The translations under genes and the position numbers were made by a program. Positions 30,229 to 39,280 of a stretch of DNA of 64,000 nt are shown piece by piece (within the stretch, counting starts at the first letter, position 1; every line of letters starts with the position of its first letter). The stretch covers positions 16,817 to 80,816 of the forward strand of contig UQFH01000002.1 in assembly GCA_900540185.1 (NCBI GenBank), given 5' to 3'. Below the pieces are notes generated by a model, which worked only from the letters and a program-made list of their open reading frames with translations, searched no databases and was not told the origin of the DNA. Origin of the DNA: an uncultured Eubacteriales bacterium (GTDB taxonomy: Bacteria > Bacillota > Clostridia > Tissierellales > Peptoniphilaceae).

Positions 30229-31342
30229 AAGCATTGTACTAGGCGTGCTTGTTTTGTTGTCAATCTTTCTTTCGTATGAGCTTCTTTTCAAAGACCAGGT
30301 CAAGGAAAATGAAGCGATAAAAATTGATGACAAAAATGTCATAAGCTACAAGCGGTTTTACAGCACAAATCCGAACAAAGAGCTCTTGGATGAGATTCCG
30401 TCGGACGAATTGTCAAATTTTGTCGCACGCGTAATTTCAAATTCAAAGAGCTTTCGAAACGAGGATGGAGATGTTTTTGATTTTAAAAAGCTCGGAGAGT
30501 CAAAAGATAATACGCCGCTTTCGCACCGCGGATATCTTGCGATTTCGGGTTTTGAAATTCCGGTAAAACTTTTGAATCTTTCGGCGGACTCCCGAATCGG
30601 AGATGTGCCGTTTGAATCTTTTGATAAATTTTTTATAGACAACAGTGAAAAAAGACTCTATATTAACACGAATATCGGTGTGAAGTCGGCTGAATTTGAC
30701 GACGAATTTCACACGACGGAGTTTAAAAATGCAGTTCTTTTCGACGAGTTTTTTGTTCCCGAATCTACGAAAGGCGTGAACGCTTTTTCGGTTGTGCAAA
30801 ATCCGATTTCGTCTTTCAGCAAAAAGGACAGACAAAGTTTTGCTGAAAAATTTTTGGGCACAAAAAATATATATGAGATTAACGAAAGATATTCATATAT
30901 CTATTCGAGCGAAACTGCAAGCATCGAGATTAAGAAAAACGGGGACATAGTTTATCTTAGAAGCCCCGGACCGGAGAAGATGAACTCGAATCTCTTCGAT
31001 TCACTCGTCGCATTCAAAAACTTTATAAAGACTTCGCTTCTTTCGTTTTCGGATTACCGAATTCTCTCTCTCGAAAATATTGAAAACAACGGTTTTAAAA
31101 TTGTTTTTTGCCAAGGAAAACTGCCGCACTATTTAAAAGACGGCGAGTTTTATGAGGCGGAAATAAAGAATAATCGCATAACCTATTTCAAATACAATTC
31201 AGTCACGGTGAAAGCGTATATGGAAGTTTCGAGAAAGCCGGAAATAGGTACGTATAAAGCTGCATTTTTAAAGGATGAGGATGCATTTTTTATGTACAAC
31301 GGACAAAACACCGGCAATATAAATGTTGTGGAGTTGAGGTGA
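30215..31342 (+). CDS. yycH: YycH-like regulator of WalK activity
   Basis: 375 aa with an N-terminal TM anchor. Position directly after walK. Confidence 0.65.
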   Translation: MERLKSIVLGVLVLLSIFLSYELLFKDQVKENEAIKIDDKNVISYKRFYSTNPNKELLDEIPSDELSNFVARVISNSKSFRNEDGDVFDFKKLGESKDNTPLSHRGYLAISGFEIPVKLLNLSADSRIGDVPFESFDKFFIDNSEKRLYINTNIGVKSAEFDDEFHTTEFKNAVLFDEFFVPESTKGVNAFSVVQNPISSFSKKDRQSFAEKFLGTKNIYEINERYSYIYSSETASIEIKKNGDIVYLRSPGPEKMNSNLFDSLVAFKNFIKTSLLSFSDYRILSLENIENNGFKIVFCQGKLPHYLKDGEFYEAEIKNNRITYFKYNSVTVKAYMEVSRKPEIGTYKAAFLKDEDAFFMYNGQNTGNINVVELR

Positions 31343-31346
31343 TCTT

Positions 31347-32165
31347 ATGGACTGGAAAAAAGCTAAAACTCTGATGATCTATGTATTTATATTTATCAAT
31401 GTGTTTCTCGTGTCGCTTCTTTACATCAGAAACAAGGACAGGGTCGACAATTTCGACATCGTGCCGATTTTGGAAAACCACGACATAAAACTCGAAGCAA
31501 AGATTCCGCAAAGCGTCACAAAGGACGTTTTGGAGCTCAACTACAAAGTGTTTACGGACGATGAAATTATGGCCAAATTTTTCGACAGTCCGGTTGTGAA
31601 GTCGACTCCGGAATCTTCAACATTTAAAGAAGGCGACAAATCGCTCATTCTTTTAAACAACAAACAGATTATTTATACCGATGCGCCCGAAGCGTCGGAG
31701 ACAAAAATTGAAACGGGTGAAGATGCGGCGAAGTATGCTCAGGAATTTTTAAGAGAGCGTGACCTCGATTTCAATCTTCATGTGCAAAAATTTACGGAGA
31801 GCGCCAACAACAACTTTACAGTTGAGTTTGAAGAGGTCGAGCCGAACAGCGGATATTTTTTGGAAGATGCTTTTGCAATTGTTTATTTGAATGAAAACGG
31901 TGTGACGGGACTTAAATATCAGGCGTTTTCAGGAATAAATAAACTTGACGGAAAGGTTTCGATAAGGGACCCGAAGAGAAAACTTTTGAAAATTATAAAG
32001 GAGCCGATTGCAAAGGGACGCAGGATTGTTGACGTTTCGGTCAATTACTACTTCAACCCTTCGAATCTTCCGAGCGTTGAAAATATAGACAAAATTACAA
32101 GCGGCATTGCAAATCTCGCTCTTCGAGTGACTCTTGACAACGGCGCGATAATACAGATAGACTAG
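31347..32165 (+). CDS. yycI: YycI-like regulator of WalK activity
   Basis: Starts MDWKKAKTLMIYVFIFINVFL, as YycI proteins characteristically do. Confidence 0.7.
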   Translation: MDWKKAKTLMIYVFIFINVFLVSLLYIRNKDRVDNFDIVPILENHDIKLEAKIPQSVTKDVLELNYKVFTDDEIMAKFFDSPVVKSTPESSTFKEGDKSLILLNNKQIIYTDAPEASETKIETGEDAAKYAQEFLRERDLDFNLHVQKFTESANNNFTVEFEEVEPNSGYFLEDAFAIVYLNENGVTGLKYQAFSGINKLDGKVSIRDPKRKLLKIIKEPIAKGRRIVDVSVNYYFNPSNLPSVENIDKITSGIANLALRVTLDNGAIIQID

Positions 32166-32945
32166 GTGATTTATTTGAAGTTTTTTTCACTTCAAAGCGG
32201 TTCAAATGGAAATTCGCATTTGATACAATCGAATAACACGAGCATTCTTATAGATTCGGGGCTCTCCGGAGTGAGAACAAAAAATATTCTTGCCGAGGCG
32301 GGCTTTTCGATTGAGGATGTTTCGGGCGTTCTTATAACGCACGAGCACGACGACCACGTGAGCGGTGCGGGGATTCTTTCGAGAAAGTTCAAAACGCCCG
32401 TTTATATAAATCCGGAAACTTTTAAAATGGCTACTTTAAAGATGAAGCGAATCGACGAATCGCTTCTCCACTTTATAGATGGCCCTTTTTGCATTGGGGA
32501 CATTGAAGTGACACCGTTTCACACATATCACGATGCAATTGAGCCTTTGGGATATTTAATCGAGTGCGAGGGGAAGAAGATTTCCGTTATAACGGACACG
32601 GGCTTTATAAGCGACGAGGTTATGGCACTTACAAAAAATTCGGATTTTATTTATGTCGAGGCAAATTTCGACCCGATTATGCTGAAAAACGGTCCGTACA
32701 CTCCGGCTCTTCAGGAAAGAGTGCGAGGAGATTTTGGACATCTCTCGAATTTCGAATGTGCGGAGTATCTTATAAATGCGATCGGAGAAAGGACACAAGC
32801 CGTTATGATTGGGCACATCTCGCTTTTTAACAACGATGAAGTGCTTGCGAAACTTACGGTTGAAAATGCGATTGCGGAGGCGGGACTCGACGTTCCGATT
32901 TTTGTTTCGTCGCGATTTAGACCGAGTGTGGTGATAGAAATATGA
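32166..32945 (+). CDS. walJ: MBL-fold metallo-hydrolase WalJ/YycJ
   Basis: HEHDDHVSG motif. GTG start abutting the yycI stop. Confidence 0.8.
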   Translation: MIYLKFFSLQSGSNGNSHLIQSNNTSILIDSGLSGVRTKNILAEAGFSIEDVSGVLITHEHDDHVSGAGILSRKFKTPVYINPETFKMATLKMKRIDESLLHFIDGPFCIGDIEVTPFHTYHDAIEPLGYLIECEGKKISVITDTGFISDEVMALTKNSDFIYVEANFDPIMLKNGPYTPALQERVRGDFGHLSNFECAEYLINAIGERTQAVMIGHISLFNNDEVLAKLTVENAIAEAGLDVPIFVSSRFRPSVVIEI

Positions 32946-33397
32946 TAAAAATTATTGAAACGGGAAAAATTCCAAAAGAATATCAGACTTTGATTGACGA
33001 CTTTATAAAAAAGACGGGACCGTATGAGAAAGTGCAAATCGTGAGTTTAAAAGAAATTAAACTCAAAAAAGATGAGTCGAATTTGGGCGAGAAACTACGA
33101 GATGAAACACAAAAAGCGATTGAAGCTGCGAGCGGAAGGATTATTTTTTTGGATGCGAACGGAAAAAATCCCGATTCCGAAGAATTTAAAAATGAAATAT
33201 TAAAATCGAAAAATATTGGAGAAACAATATCATTTGTGATTGGCGGCAGCTACGGTTTCGACCACGATATGATAAAATCATATGAAAAGATAAGTTTTGG
33301 AAGGATGACACTCCTTCATCATATGACGACGCTCATTTTGACGGAGGCGATTTATCGCTCGTTCAAGATGGCGCAAAACAGCAATTATAATAAATAA
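32942..33397 (+). CDS. rlmH: 23S rRNA (pseudouridine1915-N3)-methyltransferase RlmH (SPOUT)
   Basis: 151 aa SPOUT fold. Conserved position after walJ, as in Bacillus yydA. Confidence 0.85.
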   Translation: MIKIIETGKIPKEYQTLIDDFIKKTGPYEKVQIVSLKEIKLKKDESNLGEKLRDETQKAIEAASGRIIFLDANGKNPDSEEFKNEILKSKNIGETISFVIGGSYGFDHDMIKSYEKISFGRMTLLHHMTTLILTEAIYRSFKMAQNSNYNK

Positions 33398-33409
33398 TCG
33401 GGGGTTTTT

Positions 33410-35050
33410 ATGGGAAAGGTATATATAACCGGACACAAAGTTCCGGACACGGATACAATTTGCTCCGCAATTTCATATGCGGAGTTTTTGAAAAAGTCGG
33501 GGAGAGCCGAGGCGGAGCCGATAAGACTCGGGGAAATAAACAATGAAACGAAGTTTGTTTTGGAGCGTTTTAATGTCAAGGCGCCGAGACTGAAGACGTC
33601 GATGCAACTGAAAGTGCACGATTTGGAGCTTGATGAACCGACAATAATTTACAGCGACACGCCGGTAAAAAGGGCGATTGAACTTTTACAGGAGAAAAAA
33701 ACACTTCTTCTTTCAATCACGGATGAATACCACAAGCTCCTAGGAGTTTTGAGTCTCTCCGACGTGACGAAGTCGTATATGAATGTTTGGGACGATATGA
33801 TTCTTCATCGCTCGAACACTCCGTTAAACAACATCGTTGACGTTTTGAGTGCGAAAGTTTTAAACGAAGCGAAGCGCGACCTCACGGGGAAGATGGTTGT
33901 CTATGCGATGGAGCCGGACGAACTCGGAGACAGAATAAAAAAAGGCGACGTCGTGATTGTGGGCGACAGAGACAATGCACAAATCGATGCAATCAAAAGG
34001 GATGTAAGCCTTATTATAGTTTCGGGCGGCTACAAAATGAAGGACGAAATTTTGGAGCTTGCGCGCGAAAAAAACATCAGTGTGCTTTCGACGGAGTTGA
34101 ACAGTTTTATGGCTGCGCGCCTTCTTCCGCTTTCGATTCCTGCGGAATTTGTCATGACAAGTGGCGAGCTTAACGCAGTTCATATAAACGACACGGTCGA
34201 CGAAGTGAAAGAAAAACTTGCGAAGACGAGATTTCGCTCATATCCGGTTTTGGATGACGAGGGGAAAATTGTCGGAAATCTTTCGAGATATCATTTGATT
34301 ACCGGAAAACCGAAAAAACTTATTTTGGTAGACCACAACGAAAAAGCGCAGTCGGTCGACAATATCGATGAAGCGGAAATAATTGAAATCATCGATCACC
34401 ACAGAATCGAGCCGGTTTCGACAAATGCGCCGGTGTTTTTTAGAAATGAACCGGTGGGCTCGACCGCGACGATTATAAGTAAAATGTTTTTCGAAGAGGG
34501 CATAAGACCGACAAAGGAAATTGCAGGGCTTCTTTCGTCCGCAATAATTTCGGACACGCTTTATTTCAGAAGTCCGACAACGACCGACGACGACAGAAGA
34601 ATGCTTGAAAGAATGGCGGTCTACGCTGAAATCGAACCTGAAGAATACGCAAATGAAATGTTTAAGGCGGGCACATCGGTCAAGGGAAAATCCATTTCGG
34701 AGCTTTTAAATATGGACGTGAAAGAATTTACAATCATCGACGAAAGCGTTCGCATTGCTCAAATTTTTACACTTGACAAAGAAAGCGTTCTGGAGCTCAA
34801 ATCCGAAATTCTTACGGAGATGAAAAAAATCAGAGAAGCGAAGGGCAACGACACATTTGTCTTTGTCGTTACGGACATTTTTGCGGAAAGCTCAATCGTG
34901 TTTGTTTGCGGGGAATATGGAGCCGAAATTGCGGGAGAATTTGGAGAAAAAATCGAGGACAGCGAATTTTTTGCGCCGGGACTTTTGAGCAGAAAGAAAC
35001 AAATGGTTCCGAAAGTCACGGATGCGATTAAAAAAGCGAAGGAAAACTAA
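33410..35050 (+). CDS. CBS/DRTGG-domain-containing family II (DHH/DHHA2) inorganic pyrophosphatase
   Basis: 546 aa. N-terminal DHH (HKVPDTD). CBS pair plus DRTGG insert. C-terminal DHHA2 (DHHR). Confidence 0.8.
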   Translation: MGKVYITGHKVPDTDTICSAISYAEFLKKSGRAEAEPIRLGEINNETKFVLERFNVKAPRLKTSMQLKVHDLELDEPTIIYSDTPVKRAIELLQEKKTLLLSITDEYHKLLGVLSLSDVTKSYMNVWDDMILHRSNTPLNNIVDVLSAKVLNEAKRDLTGKMVVYAMEPDELGDRIKKGDVVIVGDRDNAQIDAIKRDVSLIIVSGGYKMKDEILELAREKNISVLSTELNSFMAARLLPLSIPAEFVMTSGELNAVHINDTVDEVKEKLAKTRFRSYPVLDDEGKIVGNLSRYHLITGKPKKLILVDHNEKAQSVDNIDEAEIIEIIDHHRIEPVSTNAPVFFRNEPVGSTATIISKMFFEEGIRPTKEIAGLLSSAIISDTLYFRSPTTTDDDRRMLERMAVYAEIEPEEYANEMFKAGTSVKGKSISELLNMDVKEFTIIDESVRIAQIFTLDKESVLELKSEILTEMKKIREAKGNDTFVFVVTDIFAESSIVFVCGEYGAEIAGEFGEKIEDSEFFAPGLLSRKKQMVPKVTDAIKKAKEN

Positions 35051-35051
35051 A

Positions 35052-35825
35052 ATGAATCTTATTTTGGGAGCGATTGCGGGAGACATTGCGGGAGAACCGT
35101 ACGAGTTTGGAAACAACAGAAATCCCGAAGCACCGCTTTTTACACCGCAATCAACTTTTACGGACGACACAATTTTAACGGTTGCGGTTATGAAAATCTG
35201 TCTGTCGAACGACTTCTCAACTGAAAATATCGCGGACACGATGGCGGACTTTGCAAGGCGATACCCTTCGAGCTACGGTGCGAGATTTGGGAAGTGGATT
35301 CTCGATAAAACTCCATACGGCTCGCTTGGAAACGGTGCGGCGATGAGAATTTCGCCGGTCTATTATCTTAAAAAAACTCTCGCCGAAAAAATCGAAATCG
35401 CCGAGAGAATCACAAATGTGAGCCACAACCACGAAGAGAGCATAAAATGGGTGACGGCACTTGTGCGACTTGCGGAACATTTGAAAGCGGACAAAGATTT
35501 TGACATTTCGGGATTTATGAAAAATGAATACGGAATAAATCTTACAAATGTGAAATATTTGAGAGAGAATTATGAATATTCCGAAAAAATTCAAAACACC
35601 GTTCCCGAAAGCATTGCAATCTTAAATGACTCGAAAAACTTTTCGGAAGTTTTGAAAAACTCGATTTCAATCGGAGGCGACGCAGACACCATTGCAGCAA
35701 TCGCGGGCGGAGTTGCGGAAATCATTTATACGATTGACATTGAGACAAAAGAGAAAGTGTTTCGAAAATTGCCCGATGAGTTTAAGAAAATTGTAAGAAA
35801 ATTTTCCGAAGAGTTCGCAGAATGA
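35052..35825 (+). CDS. ADP-ribosylglycohydrolase family protein
   Basis: MNLILGAIAGDIAGEPYEF... The ATG at 35052 with an AAGGAAA RBS is preferred over the upstream ORF-track start. Confidence 0.75.
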   Translation: MNLILGAIAGDIAGEPYEFGNNRNPEAPLFTPQSTFTDDTILTVAVMKICLSNDFSTENIADTMADFARRYPSSYGARFGKWILDKTPYGSLGNGAAMRISPVYYLKKTLAEKIEIAERITNVSHNHEESIKWVTALVRLAEHLKADKDFDISGFMKNEYGINLTNVKYLRENYEYSEKIQNTVPESIAILNDSKNFSEVLKNSISIGGDADTIAAIAGGVAEIIYTIDIETKEKVFRKLPDEFKKIVRKFSEEFAE

Positions 35826-35900
35826 GTTTATAGAGCGAAATATAATTGATAAATTTAACGAAATATGTTAATATTTAGATAGAAAATAAGGAGGAGCGAT

Positions 35901-37103
35901 ATGTTTTTTTATCAACAACTTGAAAATGATTTGTACAGAATTGGAGTGAACGACAGACGCACGGCGAGATTTGAAAATATGTTCCCGATGCCGGACGGAG
36001 TAAGCTACAATTCATATCTCATAAAGGATGAAAAGAAAGTTCTTTTTGATACTGTTGACGCATCTTTTATTAATGATTTTTATTCAAATTTAAACCATGC
36101 GCTTGGCGAAGACAAGCTCGACTATCTTGTAATCACTCACATGGAGCCGGACCACAGCTCAGCAATAAATATGGTTTTAAAGGATCACCCGGATTGCAAA
36201 CTCGTGGGAAATAAAAAAACTTTCCAATTTATGGAACAATTCTTCGGCGATAAATTTACCGACAGATATTTGGAAGTTAAAAACGGCGAAACGCTTGAAA
36301 TAGGAAAGAGAACACTCGAATTTGTGTTTGCACCGATGGTCCATTGGCCGGAAGTAATGTTTGTTTTGTCGAGCGAAGGAGAACTCTTCAGCGCCGACGC
36401 TTTCGGAACATTCGGAGCGATTGAAGGACACTACTCAAGCGACTTGATTGACATGGACAGAGCTTTTATTGACGAAGCGAGAAGATATTACATCAACATC
36501 GTCGGAAAACAAGGTCGCTCAGTTTCGGCAGTTCTAAAGAAACTCGAAGGCAAAGAAGTCAAAATGATTTTACCTTTGCACGGACCGATTCACAGACAAA
36601 AAGAAAAAATCGAATACTTTATCGACAAATATAAAACTTGGGCGGGATTTGAAAGTGAAGAAGACGGAGTCTTGATTGCCTACTCTTCAATGTACGGAAA
36701 CACAGAAGAAGCGGCGGACATGCTCGCATATGAACTTTCGGAAAACGGCGTGAAAAACATTCACATCTACGACGTTTCCGAATACGACTACAGCTACATC
36801 ATCTCCGATGCGCACAAATTCTCAAACTTCGTATACACCGCAATCAACTACAACACCGACCTCTACCCGAGAATGGATGCATTCTTGAGAGAACTCGTCG
36901 GCACCGGCTTCCAAAATAGAAAAGTCTCAGTTATCACAAACATGAGCTGGGGCGGAAGAGCCGAAAAGATTGCCGAAGAAATTTTGGCAAACGCAAAACT
37001 TGAAAAAATCGGCGAAACAATCTCTCTAAAATCTTCACTCGATGAAGAAAAAGTGGGAGAGATTAAGGAGCTCGCCAAAGCTATTGCAGAATCAATGAAA
37101 TAG
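35901..37103 (+). CDS. fprA: flavodiiron protein (FprA; MBL-like diiron domain plus flavodoxin)
   Basis: HMEPDH diiron motif. C-terminal flavodoxin fold. AAGGAGG RBS. Confidence 0.85.
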   Translation: MFFYQQLENDLYRIGVNDRRTARFENMFPMPDGVSYNSYLIKDEKKVLFDTVDASFINDFYSNLNHALGEDKLDYLVITHMEPDHSSAINMVLKDHPDCKLVGNKKTFQFMEQFFGDKFTDRYLEVKNGETLEIGKRTLEFVFAPMVHWPEVMFVLSSEGELFSADAFGTFGAIEGHYSSDLIDMDRAFIDEARRYYINIVGKQGRSVSAVLKKLEGKEVKMILPLHGPIHRQKEKIEYFIDKYKTWAGFESEEDGVLIAYSSMYGNTEEAADMLAYELSENGVKNIHIYDVSEYDYSYIISDAHKFSNFVYTAINYNTDLYPRMDAFLRELVGTGFQNRKVSVITNMSWGGRAEKIAEEILANAKLEKIGETISLKSSLDEEKVGEIKELAKAIAESMK

Positions 37104-37114
37104 GATGTATAAAA

Positions 37115-37140
37115 AAGGCGTTTAATGCGCCTTTTTTATT
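37115..37140 (+). terminator. fprA terminator
   Basis: AAGGCG-TTTAATG-CGCCTT followed by TTTTT, immediately followed by an R1b repeat head. Confidence 0.6.
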
Positions 37141-37840
37141 TGCGGTCTATTTTGCGACCTGCTTGCAAACGTCAATTATTTGATTGCTCGGAGTGCACTT
37201 GAGCACACCTGCGCAATCAAAAATTGAGTATGCGGCGCATCTCATCAAAATATCCTCGCAAACTGATTTTATATCTGCGGTCTATATGTGAATTATTATA
37301 TAAAAGAAGAAAACGCCGCCGTAGCGGGACGGCACTGTGTGTCCTCCCGCAAAAAAACCTCACTCCTAAAATATTTCATCTAAGCGTTTCTCATCGAAAA
37401 TTCCTAGCAAATGGATTTTATAATTGCGCGTAATTAATTGTAGAAACTTGAAAACACTGCCGTAGCGGGACGGTTCTGCGAATCCTCCCGCCTAAACACC
37501 TGCGCGATCAAAAATTGAGTTTGCGGCGCATCTCATCAAAATATCCTCGCAAACTGATTTTATATTTACGGGATTTTCGCGATAAAGTTTTGAGGCTGTA
37601 TTATTTTTTGTACGCAGAACGTAGCGGCTGGCATACGTTACAACGTGAAAAAGAAATCTTTGATTTCGTTTTTGAGCGAGAAGTAACGACGTCCTGCCGC
37701 AAAAAGCCTCACTCCTAAAATATTTCATCTAAGCGTTTCTCATCGAAAATTCCTCGCAAATAACGGCGAAGATTAATTGTAGAAAATTGCAAACGCCGTC
37801 CGTAACGATGGCACTTTGTGTCCCGCTGCCAATAGGGAGA
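37137..37840. repeat. intergenic repeat cluster D (R1b, R2c plus R1 tail, R2c plus R1b tail, R1 tail, R2c)
   Basis: R1b at 37137-37265. R2c heads at 37301-37350, 37452-37494 and 37790-37838. R1 and R1b tails at 37358-37413, 37496-37555 and 37708-37764. Confidence 0.85.
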
Positions 37841-37980
37841 ATTGTTGACAAAGAGCCTTTTATTCATTAGAATGTCCCTTTATTTCCGTGCCCGGATTTA
37901 ATGGGGCATTATATTTTTTGCTACATATTTTATTGTTATCAAGATAAAGCAGGTGGGTATAAATTAGAAGGAGGGATATT

Positions 37981-39129
37981 ATGAATCAGAAAATTGTTAT
38001 TTCAGCTTTAGTATTTGCTTCGATTTTTATTTTCGGTTGCAAAAAAGATGTGGAACCTAAAAAGCCGGTTGCACTTATCGAGGGAGACGAAAACAAGGCG
38101 GCATATAACGAGTTTTTAAAGACAAATCTTGAGACGATTTTAAATGATGAAACCGCATTGGAAAACAATTTTGTTTATTCGCCGTTTTCGTACAGGAGGG
38201 CGCTTGAAAGTTTGACTCTTGTGACGGATGATTTTACCGACAGTCCTTATTTCGGAGCTAAGCTTTTAAAGGATGCCGACGGAAACAATTTCAAGTCGAA
38301 GACGGAAGTAATTTTGAACAAAGATATGTTTAATATTAAAAACAAGGTTGACGAGTTTGTATTAAAAGATTTTCCGGGCGGCGCAGAGGACGAGTCGAAA
38401 AAGATTCAAAAGGATGTTTTGGGAGAGGTTATTTTGACACCTTCATACAAACCTGAGAATGCACTCGTGGTTTTAAATGCGACGGCGTTTGAAGGAAAGT
38501 GGGCGGAGGCTTTCGAAAAAAGTCGAACCTACAAGGATAATTTCACGACAATTTCGGGAGATGTTGCCCGGAAGGATTTTATGCAAGGAAATATCGACAA
38601 TGTTGTTCTACAAAATGAGCTTGTAGACATCGGTAGAAAGAGTATGGAAACGCCGGGGGACTATGCATATTTTTTGGATGTGAAAAATCCGACATCGGAA
38701 AATATTTTGGAGGTTGCAAGAGAGCTTCCAGGATATATTGAGTCGATGGAAAATCTTTCGACAAGTCTCGGAGTGAGCGAAAGAGAAACTGTATTTCTCG
38801 CTGTGCCGAAGTGCGACATCAAAACGAATGTAGATATTTTGGAGCTTGAGAAAAAGGGCGAGAACAAAGAGATTTTTGAGAAAGTAATTGACACAAATGA
38901 CAATCTCGAAAGATTAAGCGACGAACCGCTTTTTATTTCGGACATAAAACAAGCTGCATCTTTTAAGATGGACGAAAATAAAATCGTGGCGAAAGCGGCG
39001 ACGGAAATTACGATGGAGACTATGATGGCTCCGGCGGACGAACCGTTTGAAATAATCCTCGACAGTCCGCATTTTATAGTCACGACAACAAACGGCGTGA
39101 TTACATTTGTTGCGCTTGTTGTGAAGTAG
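37981..39129 (+). CDS. serpin-family serine protease inhibitor, predicted lipoprotein
   Basis: Lipobox FGC. Serpin-like NFVYSPFSYRRALESL. Hinge AKAATEITME. C-terminal F..DSPHFIV motif. Confidence 0.7.
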   Translation: MNQKIVISALVFASIFIFGCKKDVEPKKPVALIEGDENKAAYNEFLKTNLETILNDETALENNFVYSPFSYRRALESLTLVTDDFTDSPYFGAKLLKDADGNNFKSKTEVILNKDMFNIKNKVDEFVLKDFPGGAEDESKKIQKDVLGEVILTPSYKPENALVVLNATAFEGKWAEAFEKSRTYKDNFTTISGDVARKDFMQGNIDNVVLQNELVDIGRKSMETPGDYAYFLDVKNPTSENILEVARELPGYIESMENLSTSLGVSERETVFLAVPKCDIKTNVDILELEKKGENKEIFEKVIDTNDNLERLSDEPLFISDIKQAASFKMDENKIVAKAATEITMETMMAPADEPFEIILDSPHFIVTTTNGVITFVALVVK

Positions 39130-39172
39130 ATATAAATTATTGCACGTGATGGGCGTGCAATTTTTTTGTATT
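39056..39172 (+). repeat. left copy of a ~117-bp direct repeat (serpin 3' end plus terminator)
   Basis: Near-identical to 40765-40883. Confidence 0.9.
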
Positions 39173-39239
39173 AATTATAAAATTTCAGACAATACTTTAA
39201 ATCTCATACTATATCATCGAATAAACAATATAAAAATAT

Positions 39240-39248
39240 GGTATAATT
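39240..39248 (+). promoter_or_regulatory. extended -10 (TGGTATAAT)
   Basis: TGnTATAAT about 30 nt upstream of the inserted gene's start. Confidence 0.4.
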
Positions 39249-39280
39249 AAGTATAATATTTGCCGGAGAGGAGGGATACT

